From: an uncultured Candidatus Saccharibacteria bacterium
GTDB taxonomy: Bacteria > Patescibacteriota > Minisyncoccia > Phycocordibacterales > UBA918
Length of the DNA stretch: 64,000 bases
Assembly: GCA_964350645.1 (NCBI GenBank)
Contig: CAYGJY010000001.1
Coordinates: 399,939-463,938 of the forward strand
Direction: 5' to 3'
A model generated the notes under the pieces. The model made no database searches and was not told where the DNA came from. It saw only the letters and a program-made list of their open reading frames with translations. Positions 29,901 through 34,144 of the stretch are shown here, one piece after another. Position 1 is the first letter of the stretch. Every line of letters starts with the position of its first letter. Both the position numbers and the translations under genes were made by a program.

Positions 29901-31959
29901 TCTCCTCAACCTCCTCAGGCACAGATTCAGTCGTGCTAGCTTCAAAAATCTCTTCGATCACATTAGTAATCTCTGCTTCGAACTCTGTCTCAACAACTGG
30001 ATCTCCAACTGGTACGAACGCAGGAGTTATTTGTCGTGAAATATCAAAAATATCTTGACCGGTTGGATTATCCGTTTGTTCCCAACCAGCCTCACAGTGA
30101 TAGACATACGAACGATACTCTGGCACAACGACCTCTTTTGGCTTATTTATATTCCATTCTTCAAGACTAAGTACTTCACCAGCTCCCGTTGGGAAATATG
30201 TTTTCAAACTAAACTCGTCTTCATTGTCGCTCTCGTTCGTAACATTGAAATATGTCACTGTCTTGGTGAGACCGGAGTAGTCAGTTTTGTCAGACTTAAT
30301 AATCAAAGTCTCATCTTCGTTTTCATCTGTGAAAGAGAAATTAATTACCGTACCATCTGGGAGCACCAATTGATCACCCGATAAAACCTGATCACTGAAG
30401 CCCGTATCAGCTAGCACTGAATCGATGTCGATATCAGACAAGTTAGTAGCCTCAAGTGTGAAAAGCTCTAACCACACACTCTCAATAAAGATATTTTCTA
30501 AGGCACGCGGGTCATGTTCATAACGTAACTGAATCACTAGATCATCAAGTACTGCAGGATCAGTAATAGTTGGCAACGCAAATAAGAAGTACCCACCATT
30601 AATACTATTTGATGCTTCACCATCAATTAAAATACTTGACCCTTCATCATACGTAGCACCGTCATCGAGTGAGTAGTGTACCTTGAGTTCCTGAATGACA
30701 TCGCGAGTAATCTTCTCTTTCGCTGCAAACGAAACCCGTAACTGTACGTTACCAAGTTCAAGTTCTTCATTAAAAATTGGCAAACCAAAACCTTCGAGGG
30801 TCATGGTATACGGTGCGCACTTCTCTTCACACAAAGGCACCGAGACAGACTCTGATTCAGTAGACTCCTGACCAGCTTGACCATTAGTCTCGCTGACTGG
30901 CGTCGTCGTTGCTATATCTAGTTCTACTTCATCGCTACTAGTAGATACAGTACTAGTAGCAAGTTCAGTTAGATCAGGTTCTGCAGTGGTCGTGGTTGCT
31001 GGCAAAACGTCTTCAGTAGTAACTTCTGGTGTCACAGTAGCTGTAGTTGTCGCAGCCATTACTTGTTGAGCTGGAGTATTAGTCGCTCTAGATGTGCGCT
31101 CAGTATCAAGGACGACCTCATCATCAACCACAGGTAACACTTCCGCTGCCTCATCACCAGTTGTTGAAGCTGACTCCGTAAATGGCAATAGATCAATTGC
31201 TGAAGCCAAAGCAAATTCAAAGAAACTGGTGACTCGTTTGGAGATAGTAGTTGAAGAAGAATTTTCCGGCGTCACGGCAGGGACTTCAAGTACCTCCATT
31301 TCTTCTACTTCTTCTTCACCTTCAGTTTCAGTTTCAGTTTCAGTTTCAGTTTCAGTTTCAGTTTCAGTTTCAACAATAGGTTCTTCGTCAGACTCTTCAA
31401 CTACCGTATCCACTATTTCGACTGGTTGCTCTAGCTCTTCTATCGCAGCTTCAGTACCAGTTGCTGTAGTTGCTTCGGAATTCTCTTGATCGACGTCAAC
31501 AACACTCTCTACCTCTTCTGATGACACATCAGCTGTAGTCAGCTTTGAGTCTTCTGTAACATCAGATGAAGACTCAAGCACAACTTCATCCTTATCCTGG
31601 TAACGGCGCTGATAACCGATATGCTGAGTGCTATCAATATAGGCTGAGTTAATTTTGTTGAAATCTTGATAGAGGGAGAACGCTTCAACATTTTGATCAC
31701 GTACAGTATCGACATTTCTCCATCCTTCTGTCTTAACCGTGTCGGGGAAGACATGTACAGTTTGAATGGTATAACGTTGTCCGGCCGTACTTTGGGCATA
31801 GACAAGCGCAGATGTAGAAATGAGAAGCGTAACTGCAAATGTAAGCAGGGTAAACTTGCGAGCACTACTAAAACACCCGATTTGTAATTTTATCGCTTTA
31901 AATAAGGATTTTATGAAGTTTTCTTTGGTTTTGTGAGAGTGAAATCTCATTACCAACAA
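11983..31959 (-). CDS. Giant secreted protein (6,658 aa) with three DUF2341-like + concanavalin/LamG-like modules, long Thr/Gly/Ser-rich β-helix-like repeat tracts and kb-scale internal duplications
   Basis: A single uninterrupted ORF with an N-terminal signal peptide (LLTFAVTLLISTSALVYAQS). There are three DUF2341-like blocks: DVNWDNRLPITIQASEVDATLSNFPVYVNL...DGDDIRITTADG...TTFYIYYGN, DFDSAWLYRDVITINATEVDDDLTDFPVYVDL...DGGDIRITESDG...STFYVYYGN and DTDWDKRQQIRLRNRD...FEDLRFTSDDG...TSIYMYYDN. A large repeat, GEDYD.GD.G.IRWDDS...AGTVY...DG.YS.S...V.RH...P..I..MAVFD..., recurs at least three times. An (ET)8 tract lies near the N-terminus. Confidence 0.85.
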   Translation of the reverse strand: MLVMRFHSHKTKENFIKSLFKAIKLQIGCFSSARKFTLLTFAVTLLISTSALVYAQSTAGQRYTIQTVHVFPDTVKTEGWRNVDTVRDQNVEAFSLYQDFNKINSAYIDSTQHIGYQRRYQDKDEVVLESSSDVTEDSKLTTADVSSEEVESVVDVDQENSEATTATGTEAAIEELEQPVEIVDTVVEESDEEPIVETETETETETETETETEGEEEVEEMEVLEVPAVTPENSSSTTISKRVTSFFEFALASAIDLLPFTESASTTGDEAAEVLPVVDDEVVLDTERTSRATNTPAQQVMAATTTATVTPEVTTEDVLPATTTTAEPDLTELATSTVSTSSDEVELDIATTTPVSETNGQAGQESTESESVSVPLCEEKCAPYTMTLEGFGLPIFNEELELGNVQLRVSFAAKEKITRDVIQELKVHYSLDDGATYDEGSSILIDGEASNSINGGYFLFALPTITDPAVLDDLVIQLRYEHDPRALENIFIESVWLELFTLEATNLSDIDIDSVLADTGFSDQVLSGDQLVLPDGTVINFSFTDENEDETLIIKSDKTDYSGLTKTVTYFNVTNESDNEDEFSLKTYFPTGAGEVLSLEEWNINKPKEVVVPEYRSYVYHCEAGWEQTDNPTGQDIFDISRQITPAFVPVGDPVVETEFEAEITNVIEEIFEASTTESVPEEVEEITTPDEIEPESVSSEVLDTESASETPAATAVPEEDLFATTTAFRSAGQTLLPFAQAMSALNIPAVGTSSIRATTSLSTASSSLTSTEDAAQMYSCRDTNIIRTCDSLDGDNTSCVVDNVKVREHEMTKYLPNWESEPIATGTPPDTRGLVKKTFDFFGFGPDIKPVPDHFEVSNHTPNTYKIAPGETKYFKMEISFPPFTQGEFWIEAIGDSEYGLLDPFWSSLWRYRKPIEIDNRNGATSTEQQVFLEITPAESDFWSNVNSDGSDIRFIQEVPGNTDDWYDVNWDNRLPITIQASEVDATLSNFPVYVNLADLGADFFANVQSDGDDIRITTADGQSELSREIVSIDTGAETGELHFKADSISSSVDTTFYIYYGNAAAPGYVADDPFGSESVWTNGFILNYHLEEDASGNGNAGLYQDATSNDYDGDDEITATGKSGKLGRGQEILARDTNPDDYILVPSDALNGENELSFSFWFNTSQNGDQSIINAGANNELILFLRNTQITLFDGSAQDIFTFDKDVTGTGWKHMVVVRDANSSEWRLYVDGVEDNESPSAEAMTALSVPADCIMIGGEQDTSCLSVGDNQQNYEGFLDEFRVHDNVLSADWISASFRNQSTSTDFYATSTSQVVIPTTFNELDHWVQHFDNTADEADIWVQVNEVPGNATSTIYLYYGNDSATSESDEYEPFTYSTTTDLYYVVNDTQTNDIVVYSLIDNNEVSIDGGAPVTLQSGETTSFTSAQYASTSVISALGPITARSIDNSSEPPVPISFATTTHISSTNRGSEDLYIHAPFTAAAVDVFAGAAVTPTVSGTISAGATSLFSLTLGGSDVPVVESDEPILFYQNSPGDSFVAYPPTLRDLYGVRSNNYRYAAITSGTSVEIYCSSGTANGTTTGMNRGAQQSNSFCANGSGGAGDGVRLTNQTSPIGASQEADGDGTETSRFLPTPEFGTRYIIPQSAEYVSIVCAPRFGEVNIEVQTAAGGFLDSGTCTPTGEYPGALNINPASDYGPGTQVVATDNKPFYMYYDHIETGLDNDDETNTWSAVQAKKFNALYLNSTFGAEEENQDAQYEQLNYRWYVNTNAITPTTPWPLDDGDSANEGDAITGTESLNGGDVVRLRMNLLANNGTGTVDSTAFVLQYAEANSCAAVTDNSWRDLGDIGSTTAAFAGYDNAGVADGDALPSTLLSDSDVEASYEEQNFSATLPNEVGNGEAVEFDWVITAVSGVITPNANYCFRMIRSTEEELVTYTTYPELATAGPPETPITTERFDNEHASSTQPTLEFVASDQGGDELDYQVQVSTDNTFASTLIDSNSDTDLFDFANVLIPSDKTPFNNGQLIRYTPPSALSNGVTYWWRVRAIDPDGSNTFSAWTSPQSFTINTSITVSEWFQTTDEQFETNSLSSAVSSGSDSIEPDIGGSSLIGEYGSVALTNGATTTVNLNNSFTNPVVVGSVRYARSIASPNQPAARVFNKTATTFDVLAENFSKDSSGTSTFDYIVMEAGDYLMDNGDDGLRVFATSTSVSAIAGNTIPTDPGGTDIVFPTSFSGQPAVMTMVTTINDQDWVVSSVYDGNDISNPPTASQVSVYLNDNLDANGHTAAEDIDIVVFDTGIGTNNLVPFDVFNTGIDGTAGFVDDVPDTFNFAQTFGSAPGVVVVQMSTMNGTQGGYAQVDTDTPPTATDVTVSVEEGGNGADRGHADEDVAIIAFEDSSGDIIRAGTAQVVSTPIDFDDADVGNAWGEVDFNDAGTITYQIEYNTGSGFQDIPDSDLPGNSAGFTSGPINILNLDTVTYNEIRLVANFGGVNPELFDWRVTWGQRVETPTLGDPFDNEKTVDTTPTFDFTTTDPQGDDLQYEISYSTDPTFLTSSTTINSTTTPANFANLTTPADTGPFNSGDTITYTIPGGSPLSDGETYWWRVRAKDPDASNSFSPWSVADNFTVDTGVSISTWFQTTQAQFAEGVLDGVTASTSDSIELSNDIGEYGTTTVNNNDWTTVNTLLTYDNMVVVASPKYAFNGSTNGRTVQVRNKTADSFEIKAENYTLSLAGATDIDYIVMEAGDWQIQDGGGGLRIIAGTQESVSVVEGSNPGYTTGSVVDFNPDFGSTPGALVTVSSANGSKWVGAFVDDGTQTGEVGTTEMHVSLGISLDTDTVRVPEDIDYIAFEVGTGDNNGTLFDAFNTGNTITESETESATTFNQTFSSAPQVIVVQNNANNGGDGGFAQVDTDTVVTATDLDITIAEIGASAGNHATEDVSVLAFENGTGIITRESSSGGGLSGTIASEEVLFSDGLGPKFDRALFSSTGSGTTTLQIQYQTGGGLWELIPDVDLPGNSTGFTSSPVDLTGVDVATYPVIRLFATLQCAAASCPSLDDWTVEWSEGVTMTGTLKEYDRLTNVANATVTVSVNGGVANRTGVVTAGIWSISNVTAFAGDTVTVFASTTNDAEEAVGVFVYDGLGDMTGVELFEQHLSFSSDETRTITLSKLAASDNSTTGNDNVFFDVDGSGNLLVCAVGSCSDANLYIGSNNVFIPATSTNEVITTHDFVNYGTTTLSGNTLNVSGSWDNQGDLTTGTAAVVFTATAGSETLSDADGTLDFNDLTFGSGSGSATWQSYNPIDLSDDLVVAFGTFDRSSSTINVAGDVTIQSSGVISGVATTTFDSAGLSIWTDNSAAKQNLGTVIVDGTAKTVRLGSSVLADSLTIGANDTLNAGGAFTLSLEGDFTNNNVFTARTGTIAIVGTATDAVITTGGSSLYSFRASTTDGGSVSFNQTSVTMLGDFTIATGTVTLPTTSTLIGGSFSNTGGTFAHNNAEVRFTGSGTRTIQTNGSVFLNNFYDVSFTGSAQWSFLDTNATTSNTFAISNGTVVFPSGQLSIARDFTTTGSGAFDANGGEVLFLARSADNITANGSSFNDVRIRQGTPVRGGDFDSAWLYRDVITINATEVDDDLTDFPVYVDLSDFDSSFFANVNADGGDIRITESDGLTEVPREIVSISTGGETGELYFKATTLSSTTNSTFYVYYGNSGESDYLIDDPLGAENVWDDDFLAVYHMEDEDAVDSTSFDRDATAVGTLTTTTGILGTAVSITDSGGDDYINLNSNLSELNGGSEVTISTWVNVNEDGADDVLFATQSGTPILIWDNISGTTNNDTYTFSVGGTGTGNRVDAAPTGISAGGTWQLVTSAMQAGNRYIYVDGVLRNTRTGAETTIPTNTGGSNIGRWQTAFDFGGLVDEFRISQIERSADWIAAEYSNMSAPTTFYSVTSGGGTSTRIFADASVTATGDVVIESASAQFPSTNFSIGGSFDNDATFSAGTGAVTFNANTTGHSVAPGVSSFYTLAFNGDGGGWTVTEAATATNAITLIDGNDFTVDTALTLESTGTFSNAMSNASTSWAGATLLLSGGGDFTFNDKTNDGDDYNILSITGDGDIAMWNSTAATYDTQDTASIYSQDHAGNSGDLYIFGEYVRSAGTEHWSYATDFDGADLSGGSERQVDVRVANGASVIASSSNLSIIGTSSASTTVDAQSGSFALATEGATLNAEYFTMTGTDPSGFQLLSSTTVTTFDNLLFTIPAVSSAVTVDASTIDTNPAAQYFNTDFVTGGGNVNVTLSGSPNSFWWFREGSGDRYGEDYDTGDLDPGNIRWDDSNYQITVAGTVYADDGASTLGGPTCDGVTDAVTIVVDGGAYTDSVPCAGLDGSYSFSNVSYGGDPTIVVYLDNVAAKGSIVTRTPTGDIIDLDVYANRVMTRHEDVAPMTIARMAVFDETDDPDLRFVAATGTTNTLIVRPETELLIASSTTFIPGGNITLQSGGSGAVYDGSLHIDNSAIFTAATNQSHSIGGSFFQDTGSTFTAASTTFTFTATTTGKAITHDDATLTTFRELAFTGVGGGWNINSDLLIGADMTVATGTVTGTGDITLQAGTFSGDGLVSMGGGEVTVETTTELGGTQGWTFFDLTLGNGAVTGTTTRTNTATTTVGGVLTIAAGHFLDAGSSFWSLTGSGTIFVESGTFLEDTSTVTYGGVASANILSTPYYNLTIAGSAGTPVYSFGALGVLVQNDLVVAGTAPTTANLNTSDPVMTVLGDVRIGANGTLSASDSNTLTLSGSFTNTGTFNANSGLVYFDGTGAHTIAAGGSDFADLTLAGTGLATFTESATSSNDVVFASTSLVTVNPSTQFAVGGTFSNEVGGGATTWTGSTLYLYGGQAYEINASTTTDVYENIIVGASTHPRMWNSIVGSVTTNGGSLYSMDHTDITGDLYIFGDYQNSTFSDYWSYAIDFDGTDLTGGNERQVDVYVEGGGSASWTAGALRAIGTSTATTTIQNQGSGTYALIVGGTTAFNWNEVLVRNIDSDGVQFTGTPIVSGFANLDLLAEINSASMVSVQGSVINANPAKNFSGSSFNADTGVTGAINVELLGSSLSAWRFTEHSGNRDGEDYDLDTGDPGEIIWDDSAAIITISGNVYQSNESSVSTACDDSTTNIVLAIAGSLAQQASSSCSSADGSYSISDISFSANDTLTLYINGEAEKASTVTIDPITSITDMDLYENHVIVRHANTDPITIEDMAVFDSSNDADIPFTAIDAGTDTLTLPANAKLLIWDTKEFAPGGNITLSGGGAGAAYDGTLEARADAIFTAAGSESHSIGGSLIFGTDAVFEAANSTFTFTTDDAGRLIDTNDQAFNTVVFNGAGDWAVTNVTLTTNDDLTITAGSLTLPTATTTVAGSFVNSDTFDANGGRLVFTSGTGGETVTFGGNDANEVVFNGAGSWTISDVNATATDSFVVTTGAVTLPSDTLVVGANFIVLDTITANGGTLALAQNTGTADLTLSNESLGSLDIVGGAEFTMTDVEVNLAGSLTIASGTLNVASTTLAIGGSLDATNGIMNTATGTILFNSSDLGETVNPGANEFYNVVIGGLNGGWIFQTATVTNNFSLSSANQFTLDTNQTLSVGGVFTNAVGGANTTWLSSTLRLLSGTDYSINTKNSGGDVYSTLEIAANTNIRSWDSSATTPKLTAPTSWYSQDHAGTPGDLFIYGDFNIDTTTEFWNNDQNFDGSTLGASARPVTVTFVDAATSSISIGNNGRLEIVGVDAATTTVQSDTGTYGFTFAGGTFEAEYFDISGMDDFGLNLLGTTTVILLDNGSFTLSTSTGAVISLASSALDANASLIIDGTYFYNGGFSGTNVDLEATTTSAWTFRNGGGSLYGEAFDNDGDVSDDCGSIRWDDSDCQLIEQTQYRWRNDDGGLGVPADEWFDTDWDKRQQIRLRNRDASTYTDAAIEITIPYDANMQSDFEDLRFTSDDGTTEIPYWVESFTASTEALVWVSVPTLLSDTVTSIYMYYDNVAVNTTSSSTATFIAADDFEDNNISEYSGQTSDFQTNAAFNFGGSYGLSAVVPGNFSNGGMSRFDQTVSQGEIIRYRQYIDVDDGDSDEICTLFGVQAPVSGFQNYGVCMELFGTERVSLVKNARRNDSFTPVVRLATSSAAFTTAGTGWYEVEIDWQTDDSIDVTVFDPVGSLLASVSAADSTYSSGGYGFTYWTNNGGWDSFLSRPRLNQEPTIYFGVEQTDGGASWAKAQNTTLDTVTIGVPQRLRLAIENGGLDLTGQLLTLEFAGKGAAPTCAAVSGGSYAAVPVDASCGSSAICMATSTTVANGAATVDLLTGTIGDFSAGAFVEDPSNKTAGLSINQGDYTEVEYAVVVTANAADEAYCFRVTDNGSVLDSYARVAELTLQFPPTFGPIQFNLGQNIILNPGGTARVFATTTVTDLNGYTDLDAATSTMFTTTATAACTADNNNCYIATTTPQCSFTNCSGNSCELQCYADFAFHADPTDTDGGELWYAFLEVVDKSGASNLATSPGIDLLTMWALEVDDDIDYGALAVFDDTGSTNASTTVANIGNAAIDIEIEGTDLTDGLTSFIPATQQIFSTSTFTYSSCVDCFNLPSTTPQLIEVDLSKPITVSPPVADEIYWGIAIPFGTKSNPHSGVNTFYVTGD
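31318..31372 (-). repeat. Hexanucleotide microsatellite (TTCAGT)~8 inside the giant gene, encoding (ET)n
   Basis: ttcagtttcagtttcagtttcagtttcagtttcagtttcagtttcagtttca is read directly. It is in frame, so copy-number change alters length but not frame. Confidence 0.9.
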
Positions 31960-32006
31960 GTAGCCCGCCGGTTCATAATATATAACCCGGGGCTATTATA
32001 AATTAT

Positions 32007-32035
32007 AGCGCGCCGGAGGTGATCTCCGGCGCGCT
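32007..32035 (-). terminator. Perfect 12-bp GC-rich hairpin between the 32068..33597 stop and the giant-gene promoter
   Basis: AGCGCGCCGGAG-gtgat-CTCCGGCGCGCT. On the minus strand it is followed by TATAATTTATAATAG, which has a TATAAT -10 about 40 nt upstream of the giant-gene ATG. Confidence 0.6.
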
Positions 32036-32067
32036 AGGTGTGGATTGATTATACCAAAATAACTTTA

Positions 32068-33597
32068 TTATTTCAGTATTTTCTTCACATCATTAATTTC
32101 TTTTTCGATTAGCGTCTCTGATACTTCAAGCGCCTGGTTCAATCCCTCAACTGCTTCTTTTTCTTTCTTAGACAGTCGAGGTCGTTTAGTGATGGTGTTG
32201 ATTTGATCATAAATTTCATCACGGAGGGCAGAGAAGATTTTTTCCATCTGATCTTGAATTTCACGGGTTTCCTTACGCAGCTTTTCTTCTGTCTTATTAA
32301 ATTGTTTTCGTTCGTAAATGATGTAGATAAATTGTAATACAACAAGTAGGAGCAAAACGATAATAAAGATATTTTTACCAGAGAAGAAATCCCAAATTGA
32401 AGACGCTTCAGCTAAGTCTGACGGCTTAATCCAACCAGCGGTGATAAGAACAGGAACCGTACTGACTGTTTTATTACCAGCCATGTCTGAAGCAGTTACT
32501 TTCACTGTATACGTACCATCTTCAAGATCTTTCAAGAGGTATCCCAGCTTGGCTTCGTCAGGTGTGACTTCAACTGGCTCTCCTCCAGCGATAATCATTT
32601 CATAACTTTCAATACCTGAAGTTTTGTCGATTGCTTCAAAGACTAACAACGGGAAACCAGTCTTACTATTAGCTGCCTGTACATCAATCTTAAATGCTTC
32701 TGGTGGCTGTGTGTCAATCTTAATTAATCGATTAGTGATACCCCCCCAGCCAACCTGGTTCTGGAATTGTACACTTAGGTACTGAATACCTTCGATTAAG
32801 TTTTCACTCGATACAACAAACTCTTCAATTGGTGGATCGAATACCTCTGACGGATCATTGTCTGACGAAGTTGCTAGTTCAACTGCCACTGCAGAAACGT
32901 CAAATGGTAGATCCCAAGCAAAGAGAGCATCAGTTTGGCTATACCAAGTGTCTGGATCGAGGAAAGCTTGCGAACCAACTTCTGGTGCACGAGGCGGATC
33001 TCCAAAAGCAATTGCAGCATTACTTTCTTCTGACTCAGGTTGTGGCGTGGTTGTTTGTTCTGGCTGAGCTACTGGTTCTGGTGTAGTAGCCGCTGCAACC
33101 GTAAAGGTTGCACCTGGTGAATTTTCTAGCACATCGGTACCACGCCCGTCAGCCGCAAGCGCTGAAGCATTATCAAATGAGACCGAACCCGAACCAACTG
33201 CATTGGCTCTAAAGGTCACTACCAAAAGTGACGATCTAGCGGTAAATGGTGTTGGACTACCCCCACCAAATTCAATCGTCCCAGCTGAGTTTGAGAAAGC
33301 TGGTTCTGTTGTCCAGAGTGAAAAAACCGAACCAGTTTTGGAAACATTGACGACTGACAATACTGCAGGGTCAAACGATAGTTTTGCCTCAACGGCATTA
33401 ACACTCGCACCATTTGGGACAGCCTGAATAGTGGCAGTAAACGTCTGACCAGCTGTGAATGAACCCGAGGCAGGAGAGATAACAACATCAGCTGCATCAG
33501 CCTGCGCAGCAAACAGAAAAAAAGCTGCAGCACACACGAGTGCCAAAACAAGTTTTTGTATTATTGAAAAATAAGAACGTACCCCAAAGACCACCAT
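32068..33597 (-). CDS. Secreted cohesin-like domain protein with Ig-like domain, C-terminal TM anchor and coiled-coil cytoplasmic tail
   Basis: 509 aa. The signal is LVCAAAFFLFAAQADA. The cohesin-like block is collinear with the 1..1095 paralog. TM is IFIIVLLLLVVLQFIYIIY, then a K/E-rich tail. Confidence 0.65.
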   Translation of the reverse strand: MVVFGVRSYFSIIQKLVLALVCAAAFFLFAAQADAADVVISPASGSFTAGQTFTATIQAVPNGASVNAVEAKLSFDPAVLSVVNVSKTGSVFSLWTTEPAFSNSAGTIEFGGGSPTPFTARSSLLVVTFRANAVGSGSVSFDNASALAADGRGTDVLENSPGATFTVAAATTPEPVAQPEQTTTPQPESEESNAAIAFGDPPRAPEVGSQAFLDPDTWYSQTDALFAWDLPFDVSAVAVELATSSDNDPSEVFDPPIEEFVVSSENLIEGIQYLSVQFQNQVGWGGITNRLIKIDTQPPEAFKIDVQAANSKTGFPLLVFEAIDKTSGIESYEMIIAGGEPVEVTPDEAKLGYLLKDLEDGTYTVKVTASDMAGNKTVSTVPVLITAGWIKPSDLAEASSIWDFFSGKNIFIIVLLLLVVLQFIYIIYERKQFNKTEEKLRKETREIQDQMEKIFSALRDEIYDQINTITKRPRLSKKEKEAVEGLNQALEVSETLIEKEINDVKKILK

Positions 33598-33613
33598 AGA
33601 ACTAATACTTATA

Positions 33614-34081
33614 TTATGACATACGCTTCCGCCGTTTATCCTTAGTTATCTTCAGTTGGACTTTTTCTTTCTCCTCCGCTTTCAAAAGTGGCAACACAAG
33701 CACTAGGACACCGTTTTTAATTTTTGCCTCAGCTCGCTCAATGTCGACACTTTCAGGCAAAATAATGCGGCGATAAAAATCACCCCACACACACTCTTCC
33801 GTAAAGAATGCCCCATCAGGTTTCTTTTTTGGAAAAGCGAGGAACTCAGGACGCAGACGTCTCCCTTCGATTAAGACAATGTCTGCATCTCCCTCAATTG
33901 ACACTTGAATGTCACTCAAGTCAGTACCGGCCGCCTGTGCGTAGACAATAATTAAATCGTCAGTCTGAAAGACATCGACGTTCAGCTGGACAATTTTATC
34001 AAGAGCAGTCTCCTCTTCACTCGATAATAATTTCTCGCCCGAACGAACACCGCGAGTTTTAAGTCTTTGTAAAAAGGACAT
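33614..34081 (-). CDS. Hsp20/alpha-crystallin family small heat-shock protein
   Basis: 155 aa. The ACD core is VSIEGDADIVLIEGRR...FYRRIILPESVDIERAEAKIKNGVLVLVLP, with an I-x-I-like C-terminus. Confidence 0.8.
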   Translation of the reverse strand: MSFLQRLKTRGVRSGEKLLSSEEETALDKIVQLNVDVFQTDDLIIVYAQAAGTDLSDIQVSIEGDADIVLIEGRRLRPEFLAFPKKKPDGAFFTEECVWGDFYRRIILPESVDIERAEAKIKNGVLVLVLPLLKAEEKEKVQLKITKDKRRKRMS

Positions 34082-34144
34082 ATTAAACCAATTATAGCTT
34101 GCTTTACCCGGAATCGAATACTGACTTTCCCACAGGTCAAGGTA

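Noticed and set aside
12216-31489. Numerous 60-220-aa plus-strand ORFs inside the giant gene (e.g. 12216..12545 His/Gln-rich, 15248..15916, 17894..18325, 31094..31489 SV-repeat)
   Set aside because: They are antisense shadows of the Thr/Gly/Ser-rich giant ORF. They have low-complexity compositions, no signals and complete overlap with a far stronger coding frame.
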